Assembly (NCBI GenBank): GCA_963716725.1
Contig: CAVQUB010000013.1
Location: 288,001 to 352,000, forward strand
From: an uncultured delta proteobacterium
GTDB taxonomy: Bacteria > Myxococcota_A > Polyangia > Polyangiales > Polyangiaceae
Direction of reading: 5' to 3'
Length of the DNA stretch: 64,000 nucleotides
Position 1 is the first letter of the stretch. Every line of letters starts with the position of its first letter. Below the pieces are notes generated by a model. The model made no database searches. It was given only the letters and a program-made list of their open reading frames with translations, and was not told the origin of the DNA. Of this stretch, positions 50,736-59,956 are shown piece after piece. The position numbers and the translations under genes are program-made.

Positions 50736-50861
50736 TGGGGAGGGCTCCTCGTAGCGCTCGGGATCTTGCGCACGGGCTCAAAACGCGGTCAGCCCCAATT
50801 TTGACAACGCGCCGCGTCAGCGCGGTCACCCGTCAACCTGCCGCGCAACGGATGCGGGGAG

Positions 50862-51677
50862 TCAGCGGAAGACGGTGTAGAGGTACACGATCGGGGCGAC
50901 GATCAAGAGTGCGTCGACTCGGTCGAGCAGGCCGCCGTGTCCCGGGACTATCCAGCCGCTGTCTTTGATACCCGTCGAGCGCTTGAGCAACGACTCGACC
51001 AGGTCGCCCATCTGCCCAAGCGCTCCGCCGAAGAGGGCGAGCGGCAAGGCGTGAACGAGCGGAATGTCCGGCAGGTACCACAGGCTCGCGACCACGGCGC
51101 CCAGACACGCACCCGCCAGCGAACCGTAGAAGCCCTCGCGGGTCTTCTTGGGGCTGATCGTCTCGTACAGCTTGGTCTTGCCCAAGAAGCGCCCGGCGAA
51201 GTAGCCGCCGGTGTCGGCCATCCAGGCGAAGGTCAGAGTCATCACCACCCAGCGTGGTCCATCGTCGCCCATGTCCCGGCGGAGCAGGGCGATGGTGCAG
51301 AACAGCGCCCCGACGTAGATGGGCGCAGCGACGTTCGCCATGATTCGCAGCGCCGCGGTGTCGATCTGACCGAGGCGCCAGAGCGGCAACAGCACGCCGA
51401 TGATGGGCACCGCCAGGAACACCGCGAGCAAAACGCGCTGATCCTTCGTTGCAAAGTACACGGCGGCACTCACCGCGAGGGTGAGCAGAACCCCGATGCC
51501 TTGGGCGACTCGATCTCCCGGATGCGTCATGGCGAAGAGCTCGCTGGCACCGACTGCCGTGGCGCACGCCACCAAGACGTAGAACCCCCAGGCCGGGCCC
51601 ACGAAGAGCAACGCCAACAGGAGCGGCACGAACACGACGGCCGTCAGGAGGCGTAGGGTGAGGTTGCTCTTGGCCAA
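50862..51677 (-). CDS. cdsA: phosphatidate cytidylyltransferase
   Basis: W..DT..YF.GR..G, ISPKKT.EG, GDL.ES.LKR..GIKDSG...PGHGG.LDR.D. Confidence 0.96.
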   Translation of the reverse strand: MAKSNLTLRLLTAVVFVPLLLALLFVGPAWGFYVLVACATAVGASELFAMTHPGDRVAQGIGVLLTLAVSAAVYFATKDQRVLLAVFLAVPIIGVLLPLWRLGQIDTAALRIMANVAAPIYVGALFCTIALLRRDMGDDGPRWVVMTLTFAWMADTGGYFAGRFLGKTKLYETISPKKTREGFYGSLAGACLGAVVASLWYLPDIPLVHALPLALFGGALGQMGDLVESLLKRSTGIKDSGWIVPGHGGLLDRVDALLIVAPIVYLYTVFR

Positions 51678-51772
51678 GCGGGCCTTGGTTAGAGCATTTT
51701 GCTCCGGGAGGGAACCACGAGCGGCCTGGTGCCCCCAGCTGACGCTTCGGTGGCCGTGCTACGACCTGAACC

Positions 51773-52441
51773 TTGGCCGCCAGCCGAAACGCAAGCCGGC
51801 GACGGGGTGCCCGAATCGCTCTCGTGCTGCTGGTGCTCGCGCTGCTCCTCACCGCGCACCGCACGGGCATCCTGGCCGAGTTCGCCGATCCCCCACGGGT
51901 CAAGCGGACGCTGATCGCGCTGGGCCCGTGGGGCTACCTGGCCTTCATCGCGGCCTACACCTTCCTGCAGCCCTTCGGAGTCCCCGGAACGGTGTTTGTC
52001 GTCGCGGCTCCGCTGATTTGGCCTTGGCCGGTGGCTTTTGCGCTGTCGATGATCGGAACGATGGCGGCCAGCGTCGTCGGTTTCTCATTCGCGCGCTTCG
52101 TGGCGCGGGACACCGTCGCCTCCCTGATCCCCGAGCGCTTCCGGCGCTACGACGAGGCGCTCGCACGCCGCGCTTTCGCTACGGTCTTCGTCCTCAGGTT
52201 GGTATTTTGGATGCCCCAACTCCTGCACGCGTTCTTCGGGATCTCGAAGGTGCGTTTCGCGACACACTTCTGGGCGTCGCTGCTCGGCTACGCGCTACCG
52301 CTCTTCCTGGTGAGCTACTTCGGCGAGCGGCTGTTCGACTGGGCAAAGGCCGCCCCCGCTTCAGTCTGGCTCGGCATGGGCCTGGGCGCCGCGCTGATCG
52401 CGCTCGTCACCTGGCTGGTACGCCGCCGCCCAGCCGGCTAG
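51773..52441 (+). CDS. TVP38/TMEM64 (VTT/DedA superfamily) membrane protein
   Basis: GPWG...FI, F.VPG, G...F..AR, LRL, G.S.V.F..F..SLLG..P. Confidence 0.88.
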   Translation: MAASRNASRRRGARIALVLLVLALLLTAHRTGILAEFADPPRVKRTLIALGPWGYLAFIAAYTFLQPFGVPGTVFVVAAPLIWPWPVAFALSMIGTMAASVVGFSFARFVARDTVASLIPERFRRYDEALARRAFATVFVLRLVFWMPQLLHAFFGISKVRFATHFWASLLGYALPLFLVSYFGERLFDWAKAAPASVWLGMGLGAALIALVTWLVRRRPAG

Positions 52442-52487
52442 GGCCGCGCGGCCGAAGTTCGAGTGGATTCGCCCCTGAGACCTGCGC

Positions 52488-52931
52488 TCATTTGGGTTGC
52501 ACAGGAAGGGCGGAAGAGCGGAAGGATTTGGGGTGGTCAGGCGTTAGCCTCCGCAGGCCATTTCTGAGCGCGGTCACGTTGAAGTTGACGAGCAGGCCGA
52601 CGGGCAACCGCGAAAGACGCAGATAGGTGATGACCTGCGCTTCGTAAATCGGGAGCAGCCGCTCGACCGCCTTGAGCTCCAGGAGGATACGATCTTCGAC
52701 GACCAGGTCGAGGCGATAGGCGCAGTCAAGGTGTACGCCTTTGTAGCGGATTGGTAGCGGTCGCTGCCGCTCGAACTTGAGCCGTCGTTCGGACAGCTCG
52801 GCAGATAGACAGGCCTCATATGCGGATTCCATCAGCCCTGGACCGAGATGCCGATGCACCTCGATCAGCGCACCGATCACCTCGTCCGTCCCATCCCCAA
52901 ATCTTCCGAGCTTTCGCCCTTCCTGTGCCAT
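52488..52931 (-). CDS. GxxExxY protein (PD-(D/E)XK nuclease superfamily)
   Basis: IG..IEVHR.LGPGLMES.Y..CL, RLDLVVE....ELKAV, AQ..TYL, GLL.NFN. Confidence 0.93.
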   Translation of the reverse strand: MAQEGRKLGRFGDGTDEVIGALIEVHRHLGPGLMESAYEACLSAELSERRLKFERQRPLPIRYKGVHLDCAYRLDLVVEDRILLELKAVERLLPIYEAQVITYLRLSRLPVGLLVNFNVTALRNGLRRLTPDHPKSFRSSALPVQPK

Positions 52932-52959
52932 CCCCGTGTGGTCGGGCCTCACTCCGAAA

Positions 52960-53503
52960 CCGTTGCGGCTTTCTTCGCAGAAAGTGAGGGGATTTTTCTG
53001 GATTCGGCCCACGACTTGGGGCGGTACGACCAGCGAAAGGGTCGGTCGGTCTGCAGATACCACGCGACGTACGCGTCGATCCTCGCCGCGAGGTCGTCGG
53101 TGCTTCTACTCGAGCCGCTACGGTGTCCGAGAGAGAGAGGGCGGCCGTCCCGAGCGCGGGGCGTCCGCCAGTCTCTCGCTAGGTGCCGCGCAGTCGAAGC
53201 GCTTGCGCCAGTCGTCCACCGTGCGCACGTGCACCCCGAGGAGCCGGGCGATGTCCGTCGCAGGCACTCCGTCCGCCATCATCAACACGGCCTGCGCCCG
53301 ACGAACCAGCCGCTGCTCCGCCCTGGCGGGTCGCAACGCCTCCTCGATCCGCGCGCGCTCTTCAGCCCTCAGCGCGAGCGGAACCGTCGGACGACCACCG
53401 TGCGCTCGACCCGCGAACGCGCTGTAGTCGATCATGTCACCCCACTACACCGACGACACGCACACCGAAAAGAAACCAGCGAAACTTCTGCCGCTCGGCA
53501 CTA
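52960..53503 (-). mobile_element. internally deleted IS630-family element
   Basis: N-terminal HTH ORF 53118-53435 (RRAQAVL..ADG....IA..LG....V..WR.RF...L.D.PRSGRP) directly followed by IS630 C-terminal remnants (GS..S.DDL..RI..Y..WY; PFRW.Y); TAGTG-type end near 53500; DDE core missing. Confidence 0.75.
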
Positions 53504-53552
53504 GGGCATCCTTCCATCCGTCGTGACCTGTCGCGCCTCGCGTCTTTCGCGA

Positions 53553-53636
53553 CCGGTTGAAACAGCCGGCGCCGGCCTCGCCGGTTTGTCTCCGTGGGGT
53601 TACGCCCCGCACCCCGCGCGGCCACTGTTCCATCGG
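53553..53636. repeat. REP-like palindromic intergenic element
   Basis: Imperfect terminal IR CCGGTTGAAACAG...CTGTTCCATCGG; internal GGGGTTACGCCCC hairpin; single copy in the window. Confidence 0.35.
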
Positions 53637-53668
53637 AATGCAAGCCGCTCTAACCTCGAGCCCGCAAC

Positions 53669-54415
53669 GTGAGCCAAAAATCGATTCTGTGTCCGCTGCC
53701 CGATCGCGACTTCGACCTCACCGAGGTCGCGGTACCCTGGAAGCTCTTGACGGAAGCCGGGCACCGGGTGGTGTTCGCGACCGAGCTCGGCGCGGAGCCG
53801 CGCTGCGACCCCCTGCTCATCGACGGGGTCGTGTTTGGACAGCTCGGCGCGGCCGAGGAGCCCATCCGTTTCTACCGCGAGCTCGAGACCGCCGGCTCGT
53901 TTCGTGTGCCCGAGCGCTGGGCAGATCTGGACCTCGCGCGCTTCGACGCCTTACTCCTGCCCGGGGGCCACGCCCCAGGCATGCGTCAGTACCTCGGGTC
54001 GGAGCCGCTCGCCCGCCAGGTCGCCGCGCTGTGGACCAGCAACCTCCCCGTAGCAGCCATCTGCCACGGCGTGCTGGTGCTGGCTCGCGCCAAGGACCCG
54101 AAGAGCGGCGCCAGCGTGCTCCGCGACAGCCGCACCACTTGCCTGCCCACGTACATGGAGCGCTTGGCCCACGCCCTCACCTTCTGGAAACTCGGACGCT
54201 ACTACCGAACCTATCCGGCCACCGTCGAGCAAGAAGTCCGCGCCGCCCTCGCGGATCCGCGAGCGCAGTTCGATCGAGGTCCGATCAACCTGGGAAGACG
54301 CGGCACGCGCGACGACGACGACGGGACCTTCTTCGTCGAGGACGGGCCATACGTCTCGGCGCGCTGGCCCGGAGATGCCTACACCTTCGCGCGAGCGCTG
54401 ATCGCCCGACTGTGA
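53669..54415 (+). CDS. DJ-1/PfpI (type 1 glutamine amidotransferase-like) protein
   Basis: DFD.TEVAVPW, LLPGGH..GM, AAICHG, SARWPGD. Confidence 0.9.
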   Translation: MSQKSILCPLPDRDFDLTEVAVPWKLLTEAGHRVVFATELGAEPRCDPLLIDGVVFGQLGAAEEPIRFYRELETAGSFRVPERWADLDLARFDALLLPGGHAPGMRQYLGSEPLARQVAALWTSNLPVAAICHGVLVLARAKDPKSGASVLRDSRTTCLPTYMERLAHALTFWKLGRYYRTYPATVEQEVRAALADPRAQFDRGPINLGRRGTRDDDDGTFFVEDGPYVSARWPGDAYTFARALIARL

Positions 54416-54433
54416 TCTCGGAAGCTCGCTAAG

Positions 54434-54886
54434 ATGGGTCGCACCGTGCCCCAGCGTCTGCATCGCCCCGTTCCATATCAAGAGCTGGATCACACCGCCG
54501 ACGCGGGAGTGATCGTGCGCGGCTCGAGCAAGGAAGAGACCCTCGCGCGCTTGGTGTTGGCCTACGCGGATCTGGTGTCGGGGGGCGGCAAGGTGCTCGG
54601 GGCCACCGAGCTCACCGTCGATGTCGAGCCCGCTGATCTCGCCGCGATGGCGGTGGACGTATTGCGGGAGCTGCTCTTCCAATTCGAGACCGAGAAGTGG
54701 ATCCCCGAGAGCTGCGAAGTCTTGATTTTCGCCCCAGAGCTCGGAGCTCGGGTCGTGGTCGGCGCCGGCCCCTACGACGAAGCTGCACACTCCGAGGGGC
54801 TGAGGCTGAAGGCGGTGACGCTGCACGAGGCGCGCTTCGAATCCGACGCTTCGGGTTTCGTCGCGCAGGTGGTGTTCGACGTATGA
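54434..54886 (+). CDS. archease
   Basis: Y..LDHTAD.G, LKAVTLH, C-terminal VVFDV. Confidence 0.93.
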   Translation: MGRTVPQRLHRPVPYQELDHTADAGVIVRGSSKEETLARLVLAYADLVSGGGKVLGATELTVDVEPADLAAMAVDVLRELLFQFETEKWIPESCEVLIFAPELGARVVVGAGPYDEAAHSEGLRLKAVTLHEARFESDASGFVAQVVFDV

Positions 54887-56337
54887 CGATCTCGCTTCGC
54901 CAATTGGGCCCGTTTCTCTGGGAGATCCCCCGCCAGGGCGGCATGAAGGTGCCGGGGCGGGTCTACGTTGCGCCGAGACAGATCGAAGGGCTACGCGCCG
55001 ACAAATCCCTCGAGCAGGTCGTCAATGTCGCGCATCTGCCAGGCATCGTCGGCGCCAGCCTGGCCATGCCGGACATCCACTGGGGCTACGGGTTTCCCAT
55101 TGGCGGGGTGGCCGCTGTCGACGCCGAGCACGGAGCGGTCAGCCCCGGCGGCGTCGGCTACGACATCAACTGCGGATGCCGTGTGGTCACCACCGCCCTC
55201 CACGTCGACGACGTCGTCCCGCGCATTCGCGACGTCGTATCGAAGCTCTTCGCGGCCATCCCGACCGGGGTCGGCTCGAACGACGCCATTCCGAAGCTGT
55301 CACGCCGCGAGCTCCGCGAGCTGATGGCCCAAGGCGCCGGGTGGGCGGTCGCCCGGGGCTATCGGGCCGGGGCAAACGACGAGGAACACACCGAAGAAGG
55401 CGGGAGGCTCGACGGCGCCGAGCCCGATTGGGTCAGCGACCGCGCCCTCGCCCGCGGAGCCTCTCAAGTGGGGACCCTCGGCAGCGGCAACCACTTCCTG
55501 GAGGTGCAGCGGGTCGCCGAGATTTACGACGCCGAGGCCGCCGCAGCCTACGGGCTGCGAGTCGGCGAAGTGACGCTCATGATCCACTCCGGCTCTCGGG
55601 GCCTCGGGCACCAGATCTGCGACGAGACGCTGCACGACCTGTCGCGGACCTACGCCAGATTCGGCGCAGACTACGCGGCGCTGCCCGATCGTCAGCTTGC
55701 TTGCGCCCCCATCGCGTCGGATGCGGGACAGCGCTATTTGGGGGTCATGCGAGCGGCGGCCAACTTCGCCTGGGCCAATCGCCAGGTGATGACGGGGCTC
55801 GCGGTTCGCGCTGTCGCGGATGCTCTGCAGATCGGCGAGGCAGAGGTCGGCGCGCGGCTGCTCTACGACGTGTGTCACAACATCGCCAAGCTCGAGGACC
55901 ACTTGGTCGAGGGCGAGTCGCGGCGCGTGTTGGTGCACCGCAAGGGAGCGACCCGGGCCTTCGGCCCCAACGACCCCCGCGTTCCCGAGGCCTACCGCGC
56001 CGTAGGCCAGCCCGTGCTGATCCCCGGTGACATGGGGCGCTATTCGTTCGTGCTGGCGGGGAACGCTGGAGCCATGACCTCGACCTTCGGCTCGAGCTGC
56101 CACGGCGCAGGTCGCCTGCTCTCGCGCACCGCCGCCCTGAAGCAGGCCCGCGGTCGGCGCATCGAGGAAGAGCTCGCGGCAAGAGGCATCGAGGTCATGG
56201 CCAAGGGGTACCGCACGCTCGGCGAAGAAATGAGCGAGGCCTACAAAGACGTCGAGGATGTCGTGGACGTGATCGAGGGCGCGGGAGTGTCACGCAAGGT
56301 CGCCAAGCTGGTCCCCCTGGGTGTGATCAAGGGATGA
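54883..56337 (+). CDS. rtcB: RNA ligase RtcB
   Basis: MPDIHWGYGFPIGG, GVGYDINCG, GTLGSGNHF, IHSGSRG, HNIAK, HRKGAT, PGDMG, SCHGAGR, EE...AYK. Confidence 0.97.
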   Translation: MTISLRQLGPFLWEIPRQGGMKVPGRVYVAPRQIEGLRADKSLEQVVNVAHLPGIVGASLAMPDIHWGYGFPIGGVAAVDAEHGAVSPGGVGYDINCGCRVVTTALHVDDVVPRIRDVVSKLFAAIPTGVGSNDAIPKLSRRELRELMAQGAGWAVARGYRAGANDEEHTEEGGRLDGAEPDWVSDRALARGASQVGTLGSGNHFLEVQRVAEIYDAEAAAAYGLRVGEVTLMIHSGSRGLGHQICDETLHDLSRTYARFGADYAALPDRQLACAPIASDAGQRYLGVMRAAANFAWANRQVMTGLAVRAVADALQIGEAEVGARLLYDVCHNIAKLEDHLVEGESRRVLVHRKGATRAFGPNDPRVPEAYRAVGQPVLIPGDMGRYSFVLAGNAGAMTSTFGSSCHGAGRLLSRTAALKQARGRRIEEELAARGIEVMAKGYRTLGEEMSEAYKDVEDVVDVIEGAGVSRKVAKLVPLGVIKG

Positions 56338-56370
56338 GCGACCTGGCACGGTTCTGGCTAATCACCGGTC

Positions 56371-57147
56371 ATGCTCACGCGACCCGTGACCTACTACATG
56401 GTGCAGCCGGTGTTCACCGTCTCGGCGGACACGGATCTCGAAACCGCGCGCCACCGCCTAGATGCGCACAATGTCTCGTGCCTCGGCGTCTCGGACGGAG
56501 CCGAGCCCCTCGCCGCGGTGCTCTCGCGCACCGACCTGCTCCGGGCGGGTCGCTTCGAGCGGAGCGCAGAAGGCGCGTCGAAGTTGGTGCTGCCCGCGCA
56601 AAACGTTCGCGCCCTGATGCATGCGCCCGTCTTCACCGTCCCGCCGACGGCGGACATGTCGGAGGTCGCACGGGAGCTCAGCCAGCGTTCGGTGCATCGC
56701 GTCTTCGTACGCCTGCTGCACACCGTCTTCGGTGTCGTGAGCACCTTCGAGGTGATGCGTGCGCTGGTCGCGGCGCGTGACGCCACGCCGGTCGAAGCGC
56801 TGATGACCTCTCCGGTGGGCACGGTGGAGGCGACCGTTCCGGTCGCGGAAGCCATCAGGCGACTGCGAACGGCCGGTGTGAGGGGACTGGTGGTGGTCAT
56901 CGGCCCGAACTCGCGCCCCGTCGGGATGTTCACGCAGCGCGAGGCGCTGGAGGCGAGCGCCCATCTCGACGACGTGCCCGTGGATGTGCTGATGAGCTCC
57001 CGCTTCATCTCGGTGCACCCGACCACGGCTCTGCACCACGCCGCGGCCCAGGCCGCCGCCACCCGCGCACGCCACGTCCTGGTCATGGACGGCGAGCACC
57101 TCGTCGGCATCGTCTCGGGGCTGGACTTCGCGCGCGCCGCCGTATGA
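56371..57147 (+). CDS. CBS-domain protein (four CBS repeats)
   Basis: Four repeats of V..M..PV.TV and VG.vS..D/E. Confidence 0.85.
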   Translation: MLTRPVTYYMVQPVFTVSADTDLETARHRLDAHNVSCLGVSDGAEPLAAVLSRTDLLRAGRFERSAEGASKLVLPAQNVRALMHAPVFTVPPTADMSEVARELSQRSVHRVFVRLLHTVFGVVSTFEVMRALVAARDATPVEALMTSPVGTVEATVPVAEAIRRLRTAGVRGLVVVIGPNSRPVGMFTQREALEASAHLDDVPVDVLMSSRFISVHPTTALHHAAAQAAATRARHVLVMDGEHLVGIVSGLDFARAAV

Positions 57148-57229
57148 CGGGGCAGTCCCTCCGAAGTCCGCGCCGCAGGAGCCCGGAACTTGCGCCGTCG
57201 GTCCCCCGTCGCTATGCCCGCATCCGGGC

Positions 57230-59902
57230 ATGACCTGGTCTTCGTTCCTCACCTACCGCCTCCGCCCGCTGGCGGTCGCTTCCGGTCTGGGCTTGGCCGT
57301 CCATTGCGGGTCCGCGCGCCCGCCGCCTCGCTCGCTCGAAGGGCTGGCGGCAATGTTGGGGCAGGCTTCCGGCACCTCCGTCGCGCCCGCGGACATCGCG
57401 TGGGAACCGAGTCCCGGCCTCCTGGCGGAGACCTTCCTCGGGCGACGGCTGCTGTTCTTGGGCTCCGAGCGGCCCGGTGCGCCGCGCGACGTGCTGCGTG
57501 CGCGGGTTCGGGTGACGCTCGATGGAAAACCGATCGACGTGACCCAACTGCGCAACCTCACGGAGACACCGCTGGGGGACGACACGGGTCTGGAAATGCG
57601 CGGTCACCACGCCGTGTTCGCCACGGTGGCGTACGGGAGCATCCAAGGCATCAGCCTGCTCGACATCAGCGGCGCTCGCCGCGAGGACAAACCCGCCGGT
57701 TGGTTCCAGCGTGTTCTCCAGACCATCACTGCCTACCAAGAGCTGGGCACGCTCGCGGGGATCGGGCGCACGGACATCGTGCTCGAAATGCCCGCCAGCC
57801 AGGCCCGGCTCAGCCTCGATCGGACCCGGCTGAAGGTCGATCTCGGGGAGCCGGGTCGCGCACTCGACTACGACCTCGCGTCGCGCGCGCTCACCGGAGC
57901 CGACGGCGGACAACCCTACGCCGCGCGCGCGGACGTGCATCGCCAGGCCGATAAACCTCTGATTCTGTGGGGCGTGGACACCGTGCGCGCAGAGGTTGGA
58001 CCCGCGCCCATCGCCTGGCTGGAGGAGAAGGTCTTTGGTGCGAAGGATCGCTTCAAGCGCACGACCTACCAGATGTTCGCGTCCTCCGGCGCCTCCAACA
58101 CCCTGAAAGAAGGGCCCGAGTCGGCCCAAGTTCGAGCAGCCGTGCTCGACGCCAGCAAGCTGCAAGAGGGCGAGAGCTGGCCACCGCCGAGCATCCCCAG
58201 CCTCTGGAAGGAGAACAAGCCCGGCGAAGGTGAGTGGCAGCCGGTCACCTTGCCGTTCTTGAAGCCGACGCCGGGCACCAACCCAAAAGCTGGCAAGCCG
58301 CCCGCGTATTTCTACAAGACCTTCTTTCGCCCGGACTCCGCGCGTCCCTACTCGGAGGTGATGCTGATCGCGATGGACATGCGCCAGCTCGAGTTGGGCA
58401 TGCAGGCGGGGTTCGAAGATCCGAAACCCCTGACGGGTCCGCCGGGAGATGGGCGCCTGCCCCGCGACAAGGCCGTGCTCGATCGCGTGGTCGGGACCTT
58501 CAACGGCGCCTTCAAGACGACGCACGGACGCTACGGCATGAAGGTCGACGATCGCGTGCTGATCCCACCGGTGGCCGGCGGCGCGACCGTGATGATCCAG
58601 CGCGACGGCACCGTGGGGCTGGGCAGCTGGCCGCAGACCGAAGTGATCCCGGAAGAAATTCGCTCGTTCCGCCAGAATCTCGACCCCCTGGTCGAAGACG
58701 GCGTCGCCAACCCGACGGGCCGCTACATCTGGGGTTGGCAGCTCTCGGGGACGAGCGTGATGACGCAGCGGTCCGCGCTCTGCGTCACTGCGGCCGGCCA
58801 CCTCTATTACGCCTTTGCGCCGGAAATCGACGGGCCGACGCTGGGGAAAGCGCTGAGCCAGGCCGGGTGTTCGTACGGCGTGCACCTCGACATGAACCCC
58901 GGGCACTGCGGCTTCGTCTACACCGACATCGTCGACTACCGCGCCAAGGAGTTCAACCTCAAGAAGGCGCACGACGAGATGAAGCTCGACCCCGGCAAGT
59001 TCGTGCGCTGGAGCGCCAAGGACTTCTTCTACGTCATGGTTCGAGACCCAATCCCGAGCGATCCCTCGGGTGTGCGCTGGACGCCCGACGAGGGCTTGCA
59101 GCCGGCGCCGCAGTGGCTGCCGGGCATCCACGGCGGCGTGCTCAAGGTAGGAAACCTCGAGGTCGAGCTGGTGAGCTTCGAACCCGGACGGGTCGACTTC
59201 CGCCTGCGCGCCGGCTCGAAGGAACCGCACCGCGCGAGCGCGGATGGCAACGGGGAGCTGGCCGGCGAGGACAGTCAGCGGGCAGTGGCTTCCATCGGGC
59301 TCGGACACACCACTGATGCGACTCGCCTGGGCATCGCCTTCTCGGGTGCTGCGGTGCTCGATCCGAAACCAGCCTACGCCACCGTCGTCGTTTCTCCTGG
59401 CGAGCCGCTCAAGGTCTGGGCTCCGGGGGAGGTGCCCACGCTCGGGAAGGGGGACGAGTCGGCGCAGCTACCGCTCTTGGCAGAAGGCGGAAAGCTGACC
59501 GAGGCGGCGCGGGCTCACGGTCCGCTGCGGCCGCGGGGCGCGCTCTGCTCCCTCGCGAGTGGGCGCGTGCTCGTGGCTACCGCTCGGCACGATTCCAGTG
59601 ATTCCATCGCTGCAGCGCTGCTCAAGGTGGGCTGCACCCGAGTCGTGGAGCTGGACCGCGGCTCACAGCATCCAGCCTTCGTGCATCGGGCTGGCACCGC
59701 GACGCCGCCGCTCGCGAGCTACGAGTCGAGCGTTCTGTACGCCATCGGCCGGCCCATGCTTCCCTACGCCTTCCGATGGAAAGCCCAGGGTTCGGTGGCG
59801 TCGACCAAACCGACTTTGTTCGACGTCTCCCCGGACGCGGGGCGGAAGAAGAAGCAGCCGAAGCCCGCGGCGCCCAATCCGGCGCCGAGCGCGTCTCCCT
59901 GA
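57230..59902 (+). CDS. large secreted/membrane protein with two phosphodiester-glycosidase (NAGPA)-like domains
   Basis: GTFNGAFK, TQRSAL, AGC..G.HLDMN, and a second degenerate copy RPRGAL...VGC...VELDRGS. Confidence 0.55.
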   Translation: MTWSSFLTYRLRPLAVASGLGLAVHCGSARPPPRSLEGLAAMLGQASGTSVAPADIAWEPSPGLLAETFLGRRLLFLGSERPGAPRDVLRARVRVTLDGKPIDVTQLRNLTETPLGDDTGLEMRGHHAVFATVAYGSIQGISLLDISGARREDKPAGWFQRVLQTITAYQELGTLAGIGRTDIVLEMPASQARLSLDRTRLKVDLGEPGRALDYDLASRALTGADGGQPYAARADVHRQADKPLILWGVDTVRAEVGPAPIAWLEEKVFGAKDRFKRTTYQMFASSGASNTLKEGPESAQVRAAVLDASKLQEGESWPPPSIPSLWKENKPGEGEWQPVTLPFLKPTPGTNPKAGKPPAYFYKTFFRPDSARPYSEVMLIAMDMRQLELGMQAGFEDPKPLTGPPGDGRLPRDKAVLDRVVGTFNGAFKTTHGRYGMKVDDRVLIPPVAGGATVMIQRDGTVGLGSWPQTEVIPEEIRSFRQNLDPLVEDGVANPTGRYIWGWQLSGTSVMTQRSALCVTAAGHLYYAFAPEIDGPTLGKALSQAGCSYGVHLDMNPGHCGFVYTDIVDYRAKEFNLKKAHDEMKLDPGKFVRWSAKDFFYVMVRDPIPSDPSGVRWTPDEGLQPAPQWLPGIHGGVLKVGNLEVELVSFEPGRVDFRLRAGSKEPHRASADGNGELAGEDSQRAVASIGLGHTTDATRLGIAFSGAAVLDPKPAYATVVVSPGEPLKVWAPGEVPTLGKGDESAQLPLLAEGGKLTEAARAHGPLRPRGALCSLASGRVLVATARHDSSDSIAAALLKVGCTRVVELDRGSQHPAFVHRAGTATPPLASYESSVLYAIGRPMLPYAFRWKAQGSVASTKPTLFDVSPDAGRKKKQPKPAAPNPAPSASP

Positions 59903-59956
59903 GCTCACCCGAACCGTCCCGAAGCACTCAGCAGCGGGCACCCGAGCGAGTCGCGG

